From assembly GCA_002309055.1 (NCBI GenBank), contig DBWO01000046.1, positions 41,865-105,864 of the forward strand: a stretch of DNA of 64,000 nt, written 5' to 3'. Under the pieces are notes generated by a model. It saw only the letters and a list, made by a program, of their open reading frames with translations, was not told where the DNA came from and did no database searches. The stretch is from Ruminococcaceae bacterium UBA1236. Its GTDB lineage: Bacteria; Bacillota; Clostridia; Oscillospirales; Acutalibacteraceae. How positions within the stretch are numbered: position 1 is the first letter of the stretch; each line of letters opens with the position of its first letter. A program made the position numbers and the translations under genes. Of this stretch, positions 1 through 8,851 are shown piece after piece.

Positions 1-1962
1 AAAATACTGCGCTCTTCCCGCATCGTGGAAAGGGCGGGTGAAAACCTGCCCAAGGACCCGAAAGCATATAACGTGCAGACGGCCCTGCCCGAGGGCGGCA
101 AGCTCTTCCTCTCGTCTGACGGACTTTACAGCGCAATCGCCTGCAAGACGGGCGAGGGCAGCATAATTCTTGTGCCCGCTGAGGAGTCGCGCCTTGAAAA
201 CGCCATTGAAGAAGGCGCTTTTGAGGACACAAGAAGCGCCAAAGACAAGATAAACGATGTGCTCGAAGGCATAAAAGCAACGGGCAAAACCGTGGCAGTT
301 TACGGCAACGCGCCCAGCGCCGCGCTTATGAACGTTATAAAGAGCGTTGACCCCGAAACCTGCATTTTCGCCGGGAGCGAAAAGAAGGAAGATGAGGAAG
401 GCGCGGAGGAAGGCGGCAAGAAATACGCCGCCGAAAGGGCAAAAGAGGCCGCGGATTCTCTTGAAAGAGACATAGGCGCCTATATCTCGATGCCTGCGCA
501 GGACGGCAGCGTCACACTTGCGGTTTCGGGCCCCGAGAGCGCAAAAATAGAGGTGCTCCATCCCCTTGAAGGCGAGGATAAGAAACACCTAATGGCGGCC
601 GCTGTCGTGCGGCTTTGCGAAATGGCCGAATCCGCCGCGACCGACGGAATTCAGGTACCCACTTACAGAGATATCCGCCTTTCAAAGAAGGCGTTTATAG
701 GCGTGCTTGCCGGCATAGGCGCGGCGGCGCTTGCCTGCGTAATCGTATGCATAATTCTTTTCAGACAGGGCGCTTCCGTTTCGGAGTCGCCTGCCGAGGG
801 CTCTAACACAAGCGATTCCGCGCTTGAAATTCTCGAAGAAAGCGAAACAAGCGATTCCTTTATTACGGACCTGCTTGACAGCGCGCAGAACACAATCCTT
901 GAAACAGAGCTGAATGTTATAACATCCACATTCTTTGCCGGCGATTCGGGCGCAGGCGCGGGCTCGGGTTTCACCACAAACCCCACCTCAATCCCGGCGC
1001 TTGAAACCACAGCGGATCCCTCGCTCCTTCTCGCGAAGGATAATCTTAACGGCGAGACGAACCCCGCCACCATAGACGGCGACGTAGGCGCGGCGGCGGT
1101 TACCTCAACCACCGCAAAAGTATATAACGGCACATTTACCTTCACTGTTTACGGCTGGGGTCACGGCGTCGGAATGAGCCAGGACGGCGCCAAGGCGATG
1201 GCGGGAAAAGGCATGACTTATCAGGAAATACTCGCGGCCTATTATCCCGGCACAACGATTGTTTCGGGCGACCCCAATACCCCGATGTATGCCGAAGCCC
1301 CAAGAGCGAACGGCGAGGGCGGCATGACCCTGCTCGAGTTCCTGTGCAAAACAGTCAAGCAGGAAATCGGCGACGGCGCCCCCTTTGAGGCGCTGAAGGC
1401 ACAGGCGATATGCGCCTACACCTACGCAATGAGAAACGGCAATTTCGGCGCGGGTCAGACAATGGACTACGGCTTCAACTATAAGGGCACAAACGTTGAG
1501 CGTGCCGTTATGGAAGTGCTTCAGATAACAAGCGAGGAGCAGCAGCCCTATGCCACCTATATCACCACGGGCGGCAACTACATAAACGCGGTTTACTATT
1601 CAAACTGCGCCGGCACCACCACATCGTCCGTAAACGCATGGGGCGGCGCGAGAGTCAGCTATCTGAGAGGCGGCACAAGGAGCCCCGAAACAACCGAAGT
1701 TTCAACCGCCGAATACTCAGCGCAGGAGATGCTTTCTCTCATCAGGTCATACGCATCGAGAAACGGCCTTACCCCCAATATAAGCGATAACCCCGCCGAA
1801 TGGCTGAAAATAGTCAGCCACGACGGAGCTTACAGCAACGGTATAGGTTATGTAGATGATATCAACGTGTGCGGCATGTCAATGATAGGCAATGATTTCC
1901 GCTCAAAGCTTATGGGCGGCAAGCTGAAATCACACTGTTTCACAATCACTTACACACCCTGA
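1..1962 (+). CDS. SpoIID/LytB-domain membrane protein (circularly permuted lytic transglycosylase-like domain); probably 5'-truncated by the window edge
   Basis: Motifs GWGHGVGMSQDGAKAMA..G.TYQEILAAYYPG, KQEIG..APFEALKAQAICAYTY and YYSNCAGTT..W; TM helix AFIGVLAGIGAAALACVIVCIILF; frame is open back to base 1. Confidence 0.8.
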   Translation, partial: KILRSSRIVERAGENLPKDPKAYNVQTALPEGGKLFLSSDGLYSAIACKTGEGSIILVPAEESRLENAIEEGAFEDTRSAKDKINDVLEGIKATGKTVAVYGNAPSAALMNVIKSVDPETCIFAGSEKKEDEEGAEEGGKKYAAERAKEAADSLERDIGAYISMPAQDGSVTLAVSGPESAKIEVLHPLEGEDKKHLMAAAVVRLCEMAESAATDGIQVPTYRDIRLSKKAFIGVLAGIGAAALACVIVCIILFRQGASVSESPAEGSNTSDSALEILEESETSDSFITDLLDSAQNTILETELNVITSTFFAGDSGAGAGSGFTTNPTSIPALETTADPSLLLAKDNLNGETNPATIDGDVGAAAVTSTTAKVYNGTFTFTVYGWGHGVGMSQDGAKAMAGKGMTYQEILAAYYPGTTIVSGDPNTPMYAEAPRANGEGGMTLLEFLCKTVKQEIGDGAPFEALKAQAICAYTYAMRNGNFGAGQTMDYGFNYKGTNVERAVMEVLQITSEEQQPYATYITTGGNYINAVYYSNCAGTTTSSVNAWGGARVSYLRGGTRSPETTEVSTAEYSAQEMLSLIRSYASRNGLTPNISDNPAEWLKIVSHDGAYSNGIGYVDDINVCGMSMIGNDFRSKLMGGKLKSHCFTITYTP

Positions 1963-2522
1963 TTGTTATTGTTTCCGGCGTTCAGAAAGCGCTTCTCGGT
2001 TTCGGCGTCAATGAGGTTGCAGATTATATCGGCGATTTCATAAACGGACTCGCTCATTTCGCGCTCAAACCATTTTCTGAATACGCCGAGCACGGCTCCG
2101 AGATAAAATGAAGCTATATACTCGTTTTCCGCGTTTCCCGTTATTTCGGGGAATGCGGAAAATATTTTTTTGGTAAGCTCCATCATGAGCCGCTCGCTCT
2201 GCCCCGCCTTCACCGCGGCGAGAGCCACCGTATAGTTGCCCTGAAGGAACAGCCCCACCTGCACAATCATATCGTGAAGCGAGGAATACCTGTGCGAGGA
2301 GAGATTTTCGGTAAGCTCACCGCCCACATCAAGCAGGTAATGCACAAAAATATCTTCCTTGCTGTTGTAATTTCTGTAATAGGCCATTCTGGAAAGGCCC
2401 GCCTTGTTGGTGATTTCCGTTATGGAGATTTCATCATACGGCTTTTCCTCCATAAGCATAACAAGGGCCATTGCCATATATTTCCTTGTCAGCGACAGAT
2501 CCTCTCTGTTTATGCCTCCCAT
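1950..2522 (-). CDS. TetR/AcrR family transcriptional regulator
   Basis: N-terminal HTH ISITEITNKAGLSRMAYYRNYNSKEDI; ATG at 2522 with GAGGTG RBS; divergent from the ABC gene. Confidence 0.92.
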   Translation of the reverse strand: MGGINREDLSLTRKYMAMALVMLMEEKPYDEISITEITNKAGLSRMAYYRNYNSKEDIFVHYLLDVGGELTENLSSHRYSSLHDMIVQVGLFLQGNYTVALAAVKAGQSERLMMELTKKIFSAFPEITGNAENEYIASFYLGAVLGVFRKWFEREMSESVYEIADIICNLIDAETEKRFLNAGNNNNQGV

Positions 2523-2662
2523 AAAAACACCTCTGTTCCGTATAATAATGAATATATTACCTGTTATTATGCCTTCACGCGGCAAAAGCGCGAACAAAAC
2601 AGCACGATTTGTAACGTTTTACGGCTATTTTTCTTATCTTATTGATTTGTTCATATTTTCCC

Positions 2663-2691
2663 GTTACAATTGTAACAGTTACAAATGTAAC
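2663..2691. promoter_or_regulatory. Tandem palindromic operator, probably bound by the TetR protein
   Basis: Perfect palindrome GTTACAATTGTAAC (2663-2676) followed by near-perfect GTTACAAATGTAAC (2678-2691), between the divergent TetR and ABC genes. Confidence 0.75.
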
Positions 2692-2725
2692 AGAAAGAAA
2701 GCAAAAAGTCAAGCAGGAGGGAACA

Positions 2726-5700
2726 ATGCTTAAACTTGTTGATATAGTAAAAGAATACCCTACGGGGGATGACAAAGTCGTTGCGCTGAAGGGCGTTTCG
2801 GTCGAATTCCGCAAGAGCGAGTTTGTGTCCATACTCGGCCACTCGGGCTGCGGCAAAACCACGCTCCTCAACATCATCGGCGGCCTTGATCAGTACACCA
2901 GCGGTGACCTCGTGATAGAGGGCAAATCCACAAAGGATTTCAAGGATTCGGATTGGGATAACTACCGCAATCATTCTGTCGGTTTCGTTTTCCAGAGCTA
3001 TAACCTTATTCCTCACCAGTCGGTGCTTTCAAACGTTGAGCTCGCCCTCACCCTCTCGGGTGTTTCCAAAGAGGAGAGGCGCACAAGAGCAAAGACCGCG
3101 CTTGAAAAGGTCGGCCTCGGCGACCAGCTTACAAAGCGCCCCAATCAGCTTTCCGGCGGCCAGATGCAGAGAGTCGCAATCGCGAGAGCACTTGTAAATG
3201 ACCCCGAAATATTGCTCGCGGATGAGCCCACGGGCGCGCTCGACTCCGATACAAGCATCCAGATTATGGATATCCTGCGCGAAGTCAGCGCGGACCGCCT
3301 TGTTGTTATGGTCACTCACAACCCCGAGCTCGCGGAGGAATATTCCACCAGGATAATCCGCCTTGTTGACGGGCAGATAACCAGCGACAGCATGCCTTAC
3401 AGCGAAGCGGACGAAGAGGCGGAAGAAGAAGCGCTAAGAGAAAAGAGAAAGCAGAAGGATACCAAGGCAAGAAAGCCGTCAATGTCCTTCCTCACCGCGC
3501 TTTCGCTCTCGCTCAACAACCTTATGACAAAAAAAGCGCGCACATTCCTGACCTCTTTCGCCGGCAGCATCGGCATAATCGGCATCGCGCTGATTCTTGC
3601 CCTTTCAAACGGATTCCAGGCATATATCGATTCCATTCAGCAGGAGGCGCTCACCTCCTACCCGATTATGGTGGACGCAAACACCATGGATGTCAGCTCC
3701 CTGCTCACCTCACTTTCGGGTATGAGCCCGGGCGGCACGGTTGAGGTTGACCACGACCTTGACAAGGTTTATTCAAACACGATGTCCGCCAACATGATGC
3801 AGTCGCTCTCCTCCGAGATATGGGTAAACGACCTTGAGAGCTTCAAATCGTTCCTTAAGGAAAAGGATACCGAGCTTTCCGAATATGTCAGCTCCGTTCA
3901 GTATAAATACGCGAGCGAGATGAACATTTATTATTCCGACACTTCGGAAGGCCTCAATCAGGTTTATCCCAGCCCCCTGCTCGATATGATGAGCAGTATG
4001 ATGGGCTCAATTGACCTGGGCGGATATAACATAGACTCCACCACGATGGAGACCTATCAGAGCTACTACAACTCCTGGCTCGAGCTCGTTGATAATGATG
4101 AGCTGCTCAAAAAGCAGTATGAGCTTATCAGCGGTGCGTGGCCCTCAGAATATAACGAGGTTGTGCTCGTGGTTGACAAGAATAACGAAATCAGCGACCT
4201 CGCCATTCAGGGTCTCGGCCTTATGACGGCGCAGGACCTCACCTCTTCGTTTATGAGCGTTGCGGCGGGCGAGGATGCCGAATTCAAAACCTACGAAATA
4301 AATTACGATGATATTGTCGGCAGAAAATTCAAGCTCGTGCTTGAGCCCGATTATTACAGCTATAACAAAGAGACAAAGCAGTGGGACGATATGCACAATG
4401 ATGATTACTACGTGCAGAGCGTCATAGAAAAAGCCGAGGACATAACCGTTGTCGGCATCATAAGGCCCAGTGATGAGAGCGTAATGGTCGTTACGACCGG
4501 CTCTATCGGCTACACCGCCGCCCTCAACGAGCACGTTGTTGAGGCGACAAACGAGAGAGAAATCGTGAAGCAGCAGAAGGCAAATCCCGATGTTGACGTG
4601 TTCACGGGCATCCCGTTTGCAAAGGATGAAGAAAAGGCGCAGGACAAGAAGGAAGACAAGAAAGCCGAAACCAAACCGGAAACAAAAGCGGAAAACAAAG
4701 AAGAGAAAACCGCCGCCGAATCGACAAAGGGCACGGCCTACATTGAGCCGCCCGAGGTCGGCTTTGCCTATAAATCCGGCAATGAAGAGATTACCGCGGC
4801 GCCCACCGCGCAGATGGATATAGCCGCTCTCTCCTCCCTGCCTGCGGCGAGTAAAGAGGATGTATATGCCGCGATAGACGAAAACTTCAGCGGCGAAGAG
4901 GCGGAGAAATACAAGAGAACCGTTGACCTTCTGCTAAAAACAATGCGCACCCCCGCCGAGAGGACCGAGCTCATAGGTCTGCTTGATGAAATGCTTGCCG
5001 AATATTCGCTTGAGGGTTACGGCACAATGAGCGGCGAGCAGGCGCTCAATATGTTCGGCATGCTCGATAACGGCACAAAGCTCAAGGTGCTTTACGCCAT
5101 GGCAAGCGGTCAGTTCAAAGATATGGCGGCTCCCGAGGGCGAAACGCCCGAAACACCCGCCGAGGAAAAACCCGCGGAAGAGAAGCCGGCCGAAACAAAG
5201 GAAGAAACCAAGGAGGACGCTCCCGCTGCGGAGCCCGTGCCCGAGGAGCCTGAGGAAGAAGAACCGCAGCCGTTCGCTTCAAGCTATGAGCAGGCGCTTT
5301 CAATTCTCGGTGTGGGTGATATCGCAAATCCCACTCAGATAAACATCTTCCCCAAGGATTTCGAATCAAAGGACCGCATTTCCGACCTTATAAACGAATA
5401 TAACAAAGCTCATCCGGACAGCGAGATAAAATATACCGACTACATCGGCCTTCTCCTCTCCTCGGTGACAAAGATAATCAACATAATCTCCTATGTGCTT
5501 ATAGCGTTTGTCGCAATTTCACTTGTTGTTTCTTCTATAATGATAGGCATCATCACCTACATTTCGGTGCTTGAGAGAACAAAGGAAATCGGCATACTGC
5601 GCGCAATAGGCGCTTCAAAGAGGGATGTTTCCCGGGTGTTCAACGCGGAGACCTTCATTGTGGGCCTGGTGTCCGGAGCGATAGGCATTGGCGTAACGCT

Positions 5701-5887
5701 GCTGCTGTGCATACCGATAAACATGGTGATTCAGCACGTCACCTCAATCCCGCACGTTGCGCAGCTTCCGTTTGACGGCGCCATTATCCTGATAATCATC
5801 AGCGTTGTGCTCACCCTGATTGCCGGCCTCATCCCGGCAAAGATTGCCTCGCGCAAGGATCCCGTTATCGCACTGAGAACAGAATAA
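2726..5887 (+). CDS. MacB/FtsX-type ABC transporter, fused ATPase and permease
   Basis: Walker A GHSGCGKT, LSGGQ, LADEPTGALD, C-terminal ERTKEIGILRAIGA and DPVIALRTE; GGAGG RBS before ATG 2726. Confidence 0.95.
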   Translation: MLKLVDIVKEYPTGDDKVVALKGVSVEFRKSEFVSILGHSGCGKTTLLNIIGGLDQYTSGDLVIEGKSTKDFKDSDWDNYRNHSVGFVFQSYNLIPHQSVLSNVELALTLSGVSKEERRTRAKTALEKVGLGDQLTKRPNQLSGGQMQRVAIARALVNDPEILLADEPTGALDSDTSIQIMDILREVSADRLVVMVTHNPELAEEYSTRIIRLVDGQITSDSMPYSEADEEAEEEALREKRKQKDTKARKPSMSFLTALSLSLNNLMTKKARTFLTSFAGSIGIIGIALILALSNGFQAYIDSIQQEALTSYPIMVDANTMDVSSLLTSLSGMSPGGTVEVDHDLDKVYSNTMSANMMQSLSSEIWVNDLESFKSFLKEKDTELSEYVSSVQYKYASEMNIYYSDTSEGLNQVYPSPLLDMMSSMMGSIDLGGYNIDSTTMETYQSYYNSWLELVDNDELLKKQYELISGAWPSEYNEVVLVVDKNNEISDLAIQGLGLMTAQDLTSSFMSVAAGEDAEFKTYEINYDDIVGRKFKLVLEPDYYSYNKETKQWDDMHNDDYYVQSVIEKAEDITVVGIIRPSDESVMVVTTGSIGYTAALNEHVVEATNEREIVKQQKANPDVDVFTGIPFAKDEEKAQDKKEDKKAETKPETKAENKEEKTAAESTKGTAYIEPPEVGFAYKSGNEEITAAPTAQMDIAALSSLPAASKEDVYAAIDENFSGEEAEKYKRTVDLLLKTMRTPAERTELIGLLDEMLAEYSLEGYGTMSGEQALNMFGMLDNGTKLKVLYAMASGQFKDMAAPEGETPETPAEEKPAEEKPAETKEETKEDAPAAEPVPEEPEEEEPQPFASSYEQALSILGVGDIANPTQINIFPKDFESKDRISDLINEYNKAHPDSEIKYTDYIGLLLSSVTKIINIISYVLIAFVAISLVVSSIMIGIITYISVLERTKEIGILRAIGASKRDVSRVFNAETFIVGLVSGAIGIGVTLLLCIPINMVIQHVTSIPHVAQLPFDGAIILIIISVVLTLIAGLIPAKIASRKDPVIALRTE

Positions 5888-5904
5888 TCCGGCTCTGCCG
5901 TTTT

Positions 5905-5941
5905 CACCGGCGTGATTCGTCACGCCGGTGTTTTGTTTTTT
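5905..5941 (+). terminator. Rho-independent terminator
   Basis: caccggcgtga-ttcg-tcacgccggtg followed by a T tract. Confidence 0.85.
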
Positions 5942-6084
5942 CGCGGCGGCATAAAACAGCTCAATAAGTGCTAAACTATGTTGAATTTATATAGTTATTA
6001 TGTTATAATAAAAATATATATATGCAATTTTGCACGAATTTCGCGCAAACCGGTAAAAAATAAAATTTTCGGAGAGGGAACATT

Positions 6085-6780
6085 ATGAAAATTGCAATCT
6101 GTGACGATGAAAAAGTTGCGCGCGAAAATGTTGTTACATTGCTCGAGGATTATTCTCACGACAGAAAGCTCGACATTCCCTATGAGGTTTTTGAAAGATA
6201 TCCGGACCTCGAAAAGAAGATTGACGAGTTCAACATTTTCCTGATGGATTACGAAACGCCTGAGATTGACGGCCTGTCTTTCGCCCGCATGATAAGGGAA
6301 AGATACGGCGAGGAAAAGGCCATCATTTTCATCACGTCTTACGAAACTGTTGTTTATGACGCTTATGAAGTGAGGGCTCTGAGATATATTCTCAAGCCGG
6401 TAAACAAGGAGAAGTTTTATGAGGCGCTCGACGCCTACCTTGCCACGAATGTTGTCACCAAGCGTCTCACCGTGAGGCAGGACGGTCAGGTTGAGGCAAT
6501 TGAAAGCAAGGATATCGAATACATTGAGGCGAGCGGAAAAGAAATAATCTTTCACCTGGATGACGGCGAAACCGTCACCTGCCGCGACACGCTCGAGGCA
6601 ACCGAGCAGAAGCTTGACGGCTTCGGGTTTTTCCGCGTTCACCGCAAGTTCCTTGTGAATCTCAAAAAAGTGGCGAGCTATATGAACAACTATGTGGTGC
6701 TCAAAAGCGGCGAAAGCATAGAGATGAGCACGCGCAAGTATGCCGAGTTTCGCCTGGCTCTGATGAAAAACGGTGACTGA
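6085..6780 (+). CDS. LytTR-family (AgrA-like) response regulator
   Basis: Receiver MKIAICDDE...FLMD...YILKP; LytTR motif FFRVHRKFLVNL. Confidence 0.95.
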   Translation: MKIAICDDEKVARENVVTLLEDYSHDRKLDIPYEVFERYPDLEKKIDEFNIFLMDYETPEIDGLSFARMIRERYGEEKAIIFITSYETVVYDAYEVRALRYILKPVNKEKFYEALDAYLATNVVTKRLTVRQDGQVEAIESKDIEYIEASGKEIIFHLDDGETVTCRDTLEATEQKLDGFGFFRVHRKFLVNLKKVASYMNNYVVLKSGESIEMSTRKYAEFRLALMKNGD

Positions 6781-8059
6781 TATGAATATTATCGATCTTA
6801 TAATCTGTCTCGTTTCGCTGGCGGTTTATTCCGTCACCTTCGCGAGCGTGTTCTTTTGCCTGCCCGGCTACAAAACAAGGCGGAGCAAGGTGCCGTGCAT
6901 CATTGCGGGGGCCGTGTTCATCGCGCTCACGGTGCTCATAAACTTCGCTGTGCCGAAGGATGACCTGTATTCCGTTTTTGATATTATTCTCACGGTGCTG
7001 TCGTTTGTAACGCCTTACCTGGTGTTCGTTGCCAAAAAGAAGCTTGCTTTCCTCGGCTTCGGCAGTGTGGTGATGATATCGTTTGATTATATCAAAGCTT
7101 TTATCTTCTCGATTTTCCCGAAGCTGGAATTCACGGACCGCCGCGAGGCGCTTATCTGCTGCGCCATTTACACGGTTGTGCTCGTGCTCCTGCTCGTTTT
7201 CCGCAAAAAGATTGCCTCAAGAATACCCGACGGCTTTATCGAGGGAATCCACCCCGTGCTTTACCTTGTGATATTCCTCGCGTTCTTCGCAAACGTCACC
7301 AAATCTATGCTCGGGGTTGATGATGTTTATGACCCGGCGCTTTCAAAGGTGCTTGATTCCCTTTCGTCCGGCCTGATAATTCTTGCCATTATCTGGCTTA
7401 TCACGCGCTACTTCCTCGCTTCCGCGAAGCAGAAAGAGAGCGAAATGCAGCTTGAAATGGAGCTTAATCACTACGAGGAGCTCATTCAGAAAAACAAGGA
7501 CCTCAGGGAGTTCCGCCACGACTATGTGAATAACCTCAACGGCATACGCCACCTTATCGAGGGCAACGATATCGACGGCGCTGTCAGGTTTATTGATGAA
7601 AAAACCGGCGAATCCGAAAAAGCCAAAATCAAATACGCCACGGGCAACTACCTTGCGGACGCCATTATCTCCGAAAAGGCAAAGGCCGCGGAGGCGCTCG
7701 GCATATCAATTGATTTCAAAGGCATCATTCCGCCGCAGGGCATCAAAAACAGTGACCTTTGCACAATTCTCTCAAACACGCTTGATAATGCCGTGAGAGC
7801 GTGCGAGAGCATAGCGCCCTGCACAATTAAAATTGATTCATCCGACAGGCGCGGGGGCGTGATTATCACCGTTTCAAACCCCGTGAAGGAAAAGGTTGTT
7901 ATAAAGAACAACTCAATAAAGACCACAAAATCCGATAAGGAAAACCATGGAATAGGTATCGGCAACGTTAAAAAGACAGCCGAAAAATATTCCGGCAGCG
8001 TCACTCTCAGCTGCACAGACAGCGAGTTTTCAATTGAAATTGCGCTCATCACCGATTAG
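6773..8059 (+). CDS. AgrC-like multi-TM sensor histidine kinase (GHKL)
   Basis: About 6 N-terminal TM segments; H-box FRHDYVNNL; N-box SNTLDNAVRA; G-box TTKSDKENHGIGIGNV; overlaps the regulator stop codon. Confidence 0.93.
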   Translation: MTDMNIIDLIICLVSLAVYSVTFASVFFCLPGYKTRRSKVPCIIAGAVFIALTVLINFAVPKDDLYSVFDIILTVLSFVTPYLVFVAKKKLAFLGFGSVVMISFDYIKAFIFSIFPKLEFTDRREALICCAIYTVVLVLLLVFRKKIASRIPDGFIEGIHPVLYLVIFLAFFANVTKSMLGVDDVYDPALSKVLDSLSSGLIILAIIWLITRYFLASAKQKESEMQLEMELNHYEELIQKNKDLREFRHDYVNNLNGIRHLIEGNDIDGAVRFIDEKTGESEKAKIKYATGNYLADAIISEKAKAAEALGISIDFKGIIPPQGIKNSDLCTILSNTLDNAVRACESIAPCTIKIDSSDRRGGVIITVSNPVKEKVVIKNNSIKTTKSDKENHGIGIGNVKKTAEKYSGSVTLSCTDSEFSIEIALITD

Positions 8060-8125
8060 CGTTCATACCGTTTTTTGTGCCGTTCATACCGGATTGCGCA
8101 AAAACGGCTTTAATAGATTTATAAT
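8060..8125 (+). promoter_or_regulatory. LytTR-type direct-repeat box plus -10 element (copy 1)
   Basis: CGTTCATACCG at 8060-8070 and 8081-8091 (21-bp period); TATAAT at 8120-8125. Confidence 0.8.
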
Positions 8126-8157
8126 CAAGCCAACCGTAAATGAAAGGATTGAAAGTC

Positions 8158-8832
8158 ATGAAAAAAGCATTATCTCTGTTTCTCGCGTTAGTTATTGCCG
8201 CGCTTTGCCTTGTGCCTGCTTTTGCTCAGGATGAGCAGAAGGAAATGGCAAAGTACGAAATCAGCGAAGGCGTTTACGTTCTGCCCGAAAGCGTAACGGT
8301 AATAAAAGAGGGCGATTTTGAGGGCCTTAACGCCAAAGCAGTGCTGATAACAGCCAAAACCATAGACATTTCCCAGTTTGCGGGTCTTAATGACGCCGTG
8401 ATCATTCTGCCGGATTCGGCAATGTCAAGCGCAGGCACGGACGCAAAATACGATGCGGCAAAAGCCGCGAAAGACTGGTTTGCATACGATGTTTTCGAAA
8501 TTTTCGGCAAAACCATTCTCACGCTTTTATACAATCCTCAGATAGACGCGCAAACCTGCGCCTGGTATGACAAACTCATTGAGAACGTAAGACCCGATTT
8601 TGTCCTTTTCAATTCGCTTGACGGTGAGGAGTTTTATGCCCTCGGCTCCGTTACCGGCTCGGACATCGCAAACGGCACCTTCGGCAGAGACGCCAACCCC
8701 GGCTTTTTCCGCGGCCTTATTCTGAACTTCTGCCTGAGTGAGCTTGAGGCAAAGGATACTTTCAGCAAGCACCCGGGCGGCAAAAGCGGCAATTTCCTTG
8801 TTTCGCTTTTCCGCAGTTTATTCAAAAAATAA
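8158..8832 (+). CDS. Secreted protein with a TpLRR-like fragment and a C-terminal amphipathic helix
   Basis: Signal peptide MKKALSLFLALVIAALCLVPAFA; LPESVTVIKEGDF; ends GNFLVSLFRSLFKK. Confidence 0.75.
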   Translation: MKKALSLFLALVIAALCLVPAFAQDEQKEMAKYEISEGVYVLPESVTVIKEGDFEGLNAKAVLITAKTIDISQFAGLNDAVIILPDSAMSSAGTDAKYDAAKAAKDWFAYDVFEIFGKTILTLLYNPQIDAQTCAWYDKLIENVRPDFVLFNSLDGEEFYALGSVTGSDIANGTFGRDANPGFFRGLILNFCLSELEAKDTFSKHPGGKSGNFLVSLFRSLFKK

Positions 8833-8851
8833 TTGAGGAGGAAACAACGTT

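Noticed and set aside
6085-8059. Complete agr quorum-sensing locus
   Set aside because: No AgrB or recognisable AgrD is present in the window; only the AgrA/AgrC-like pair.
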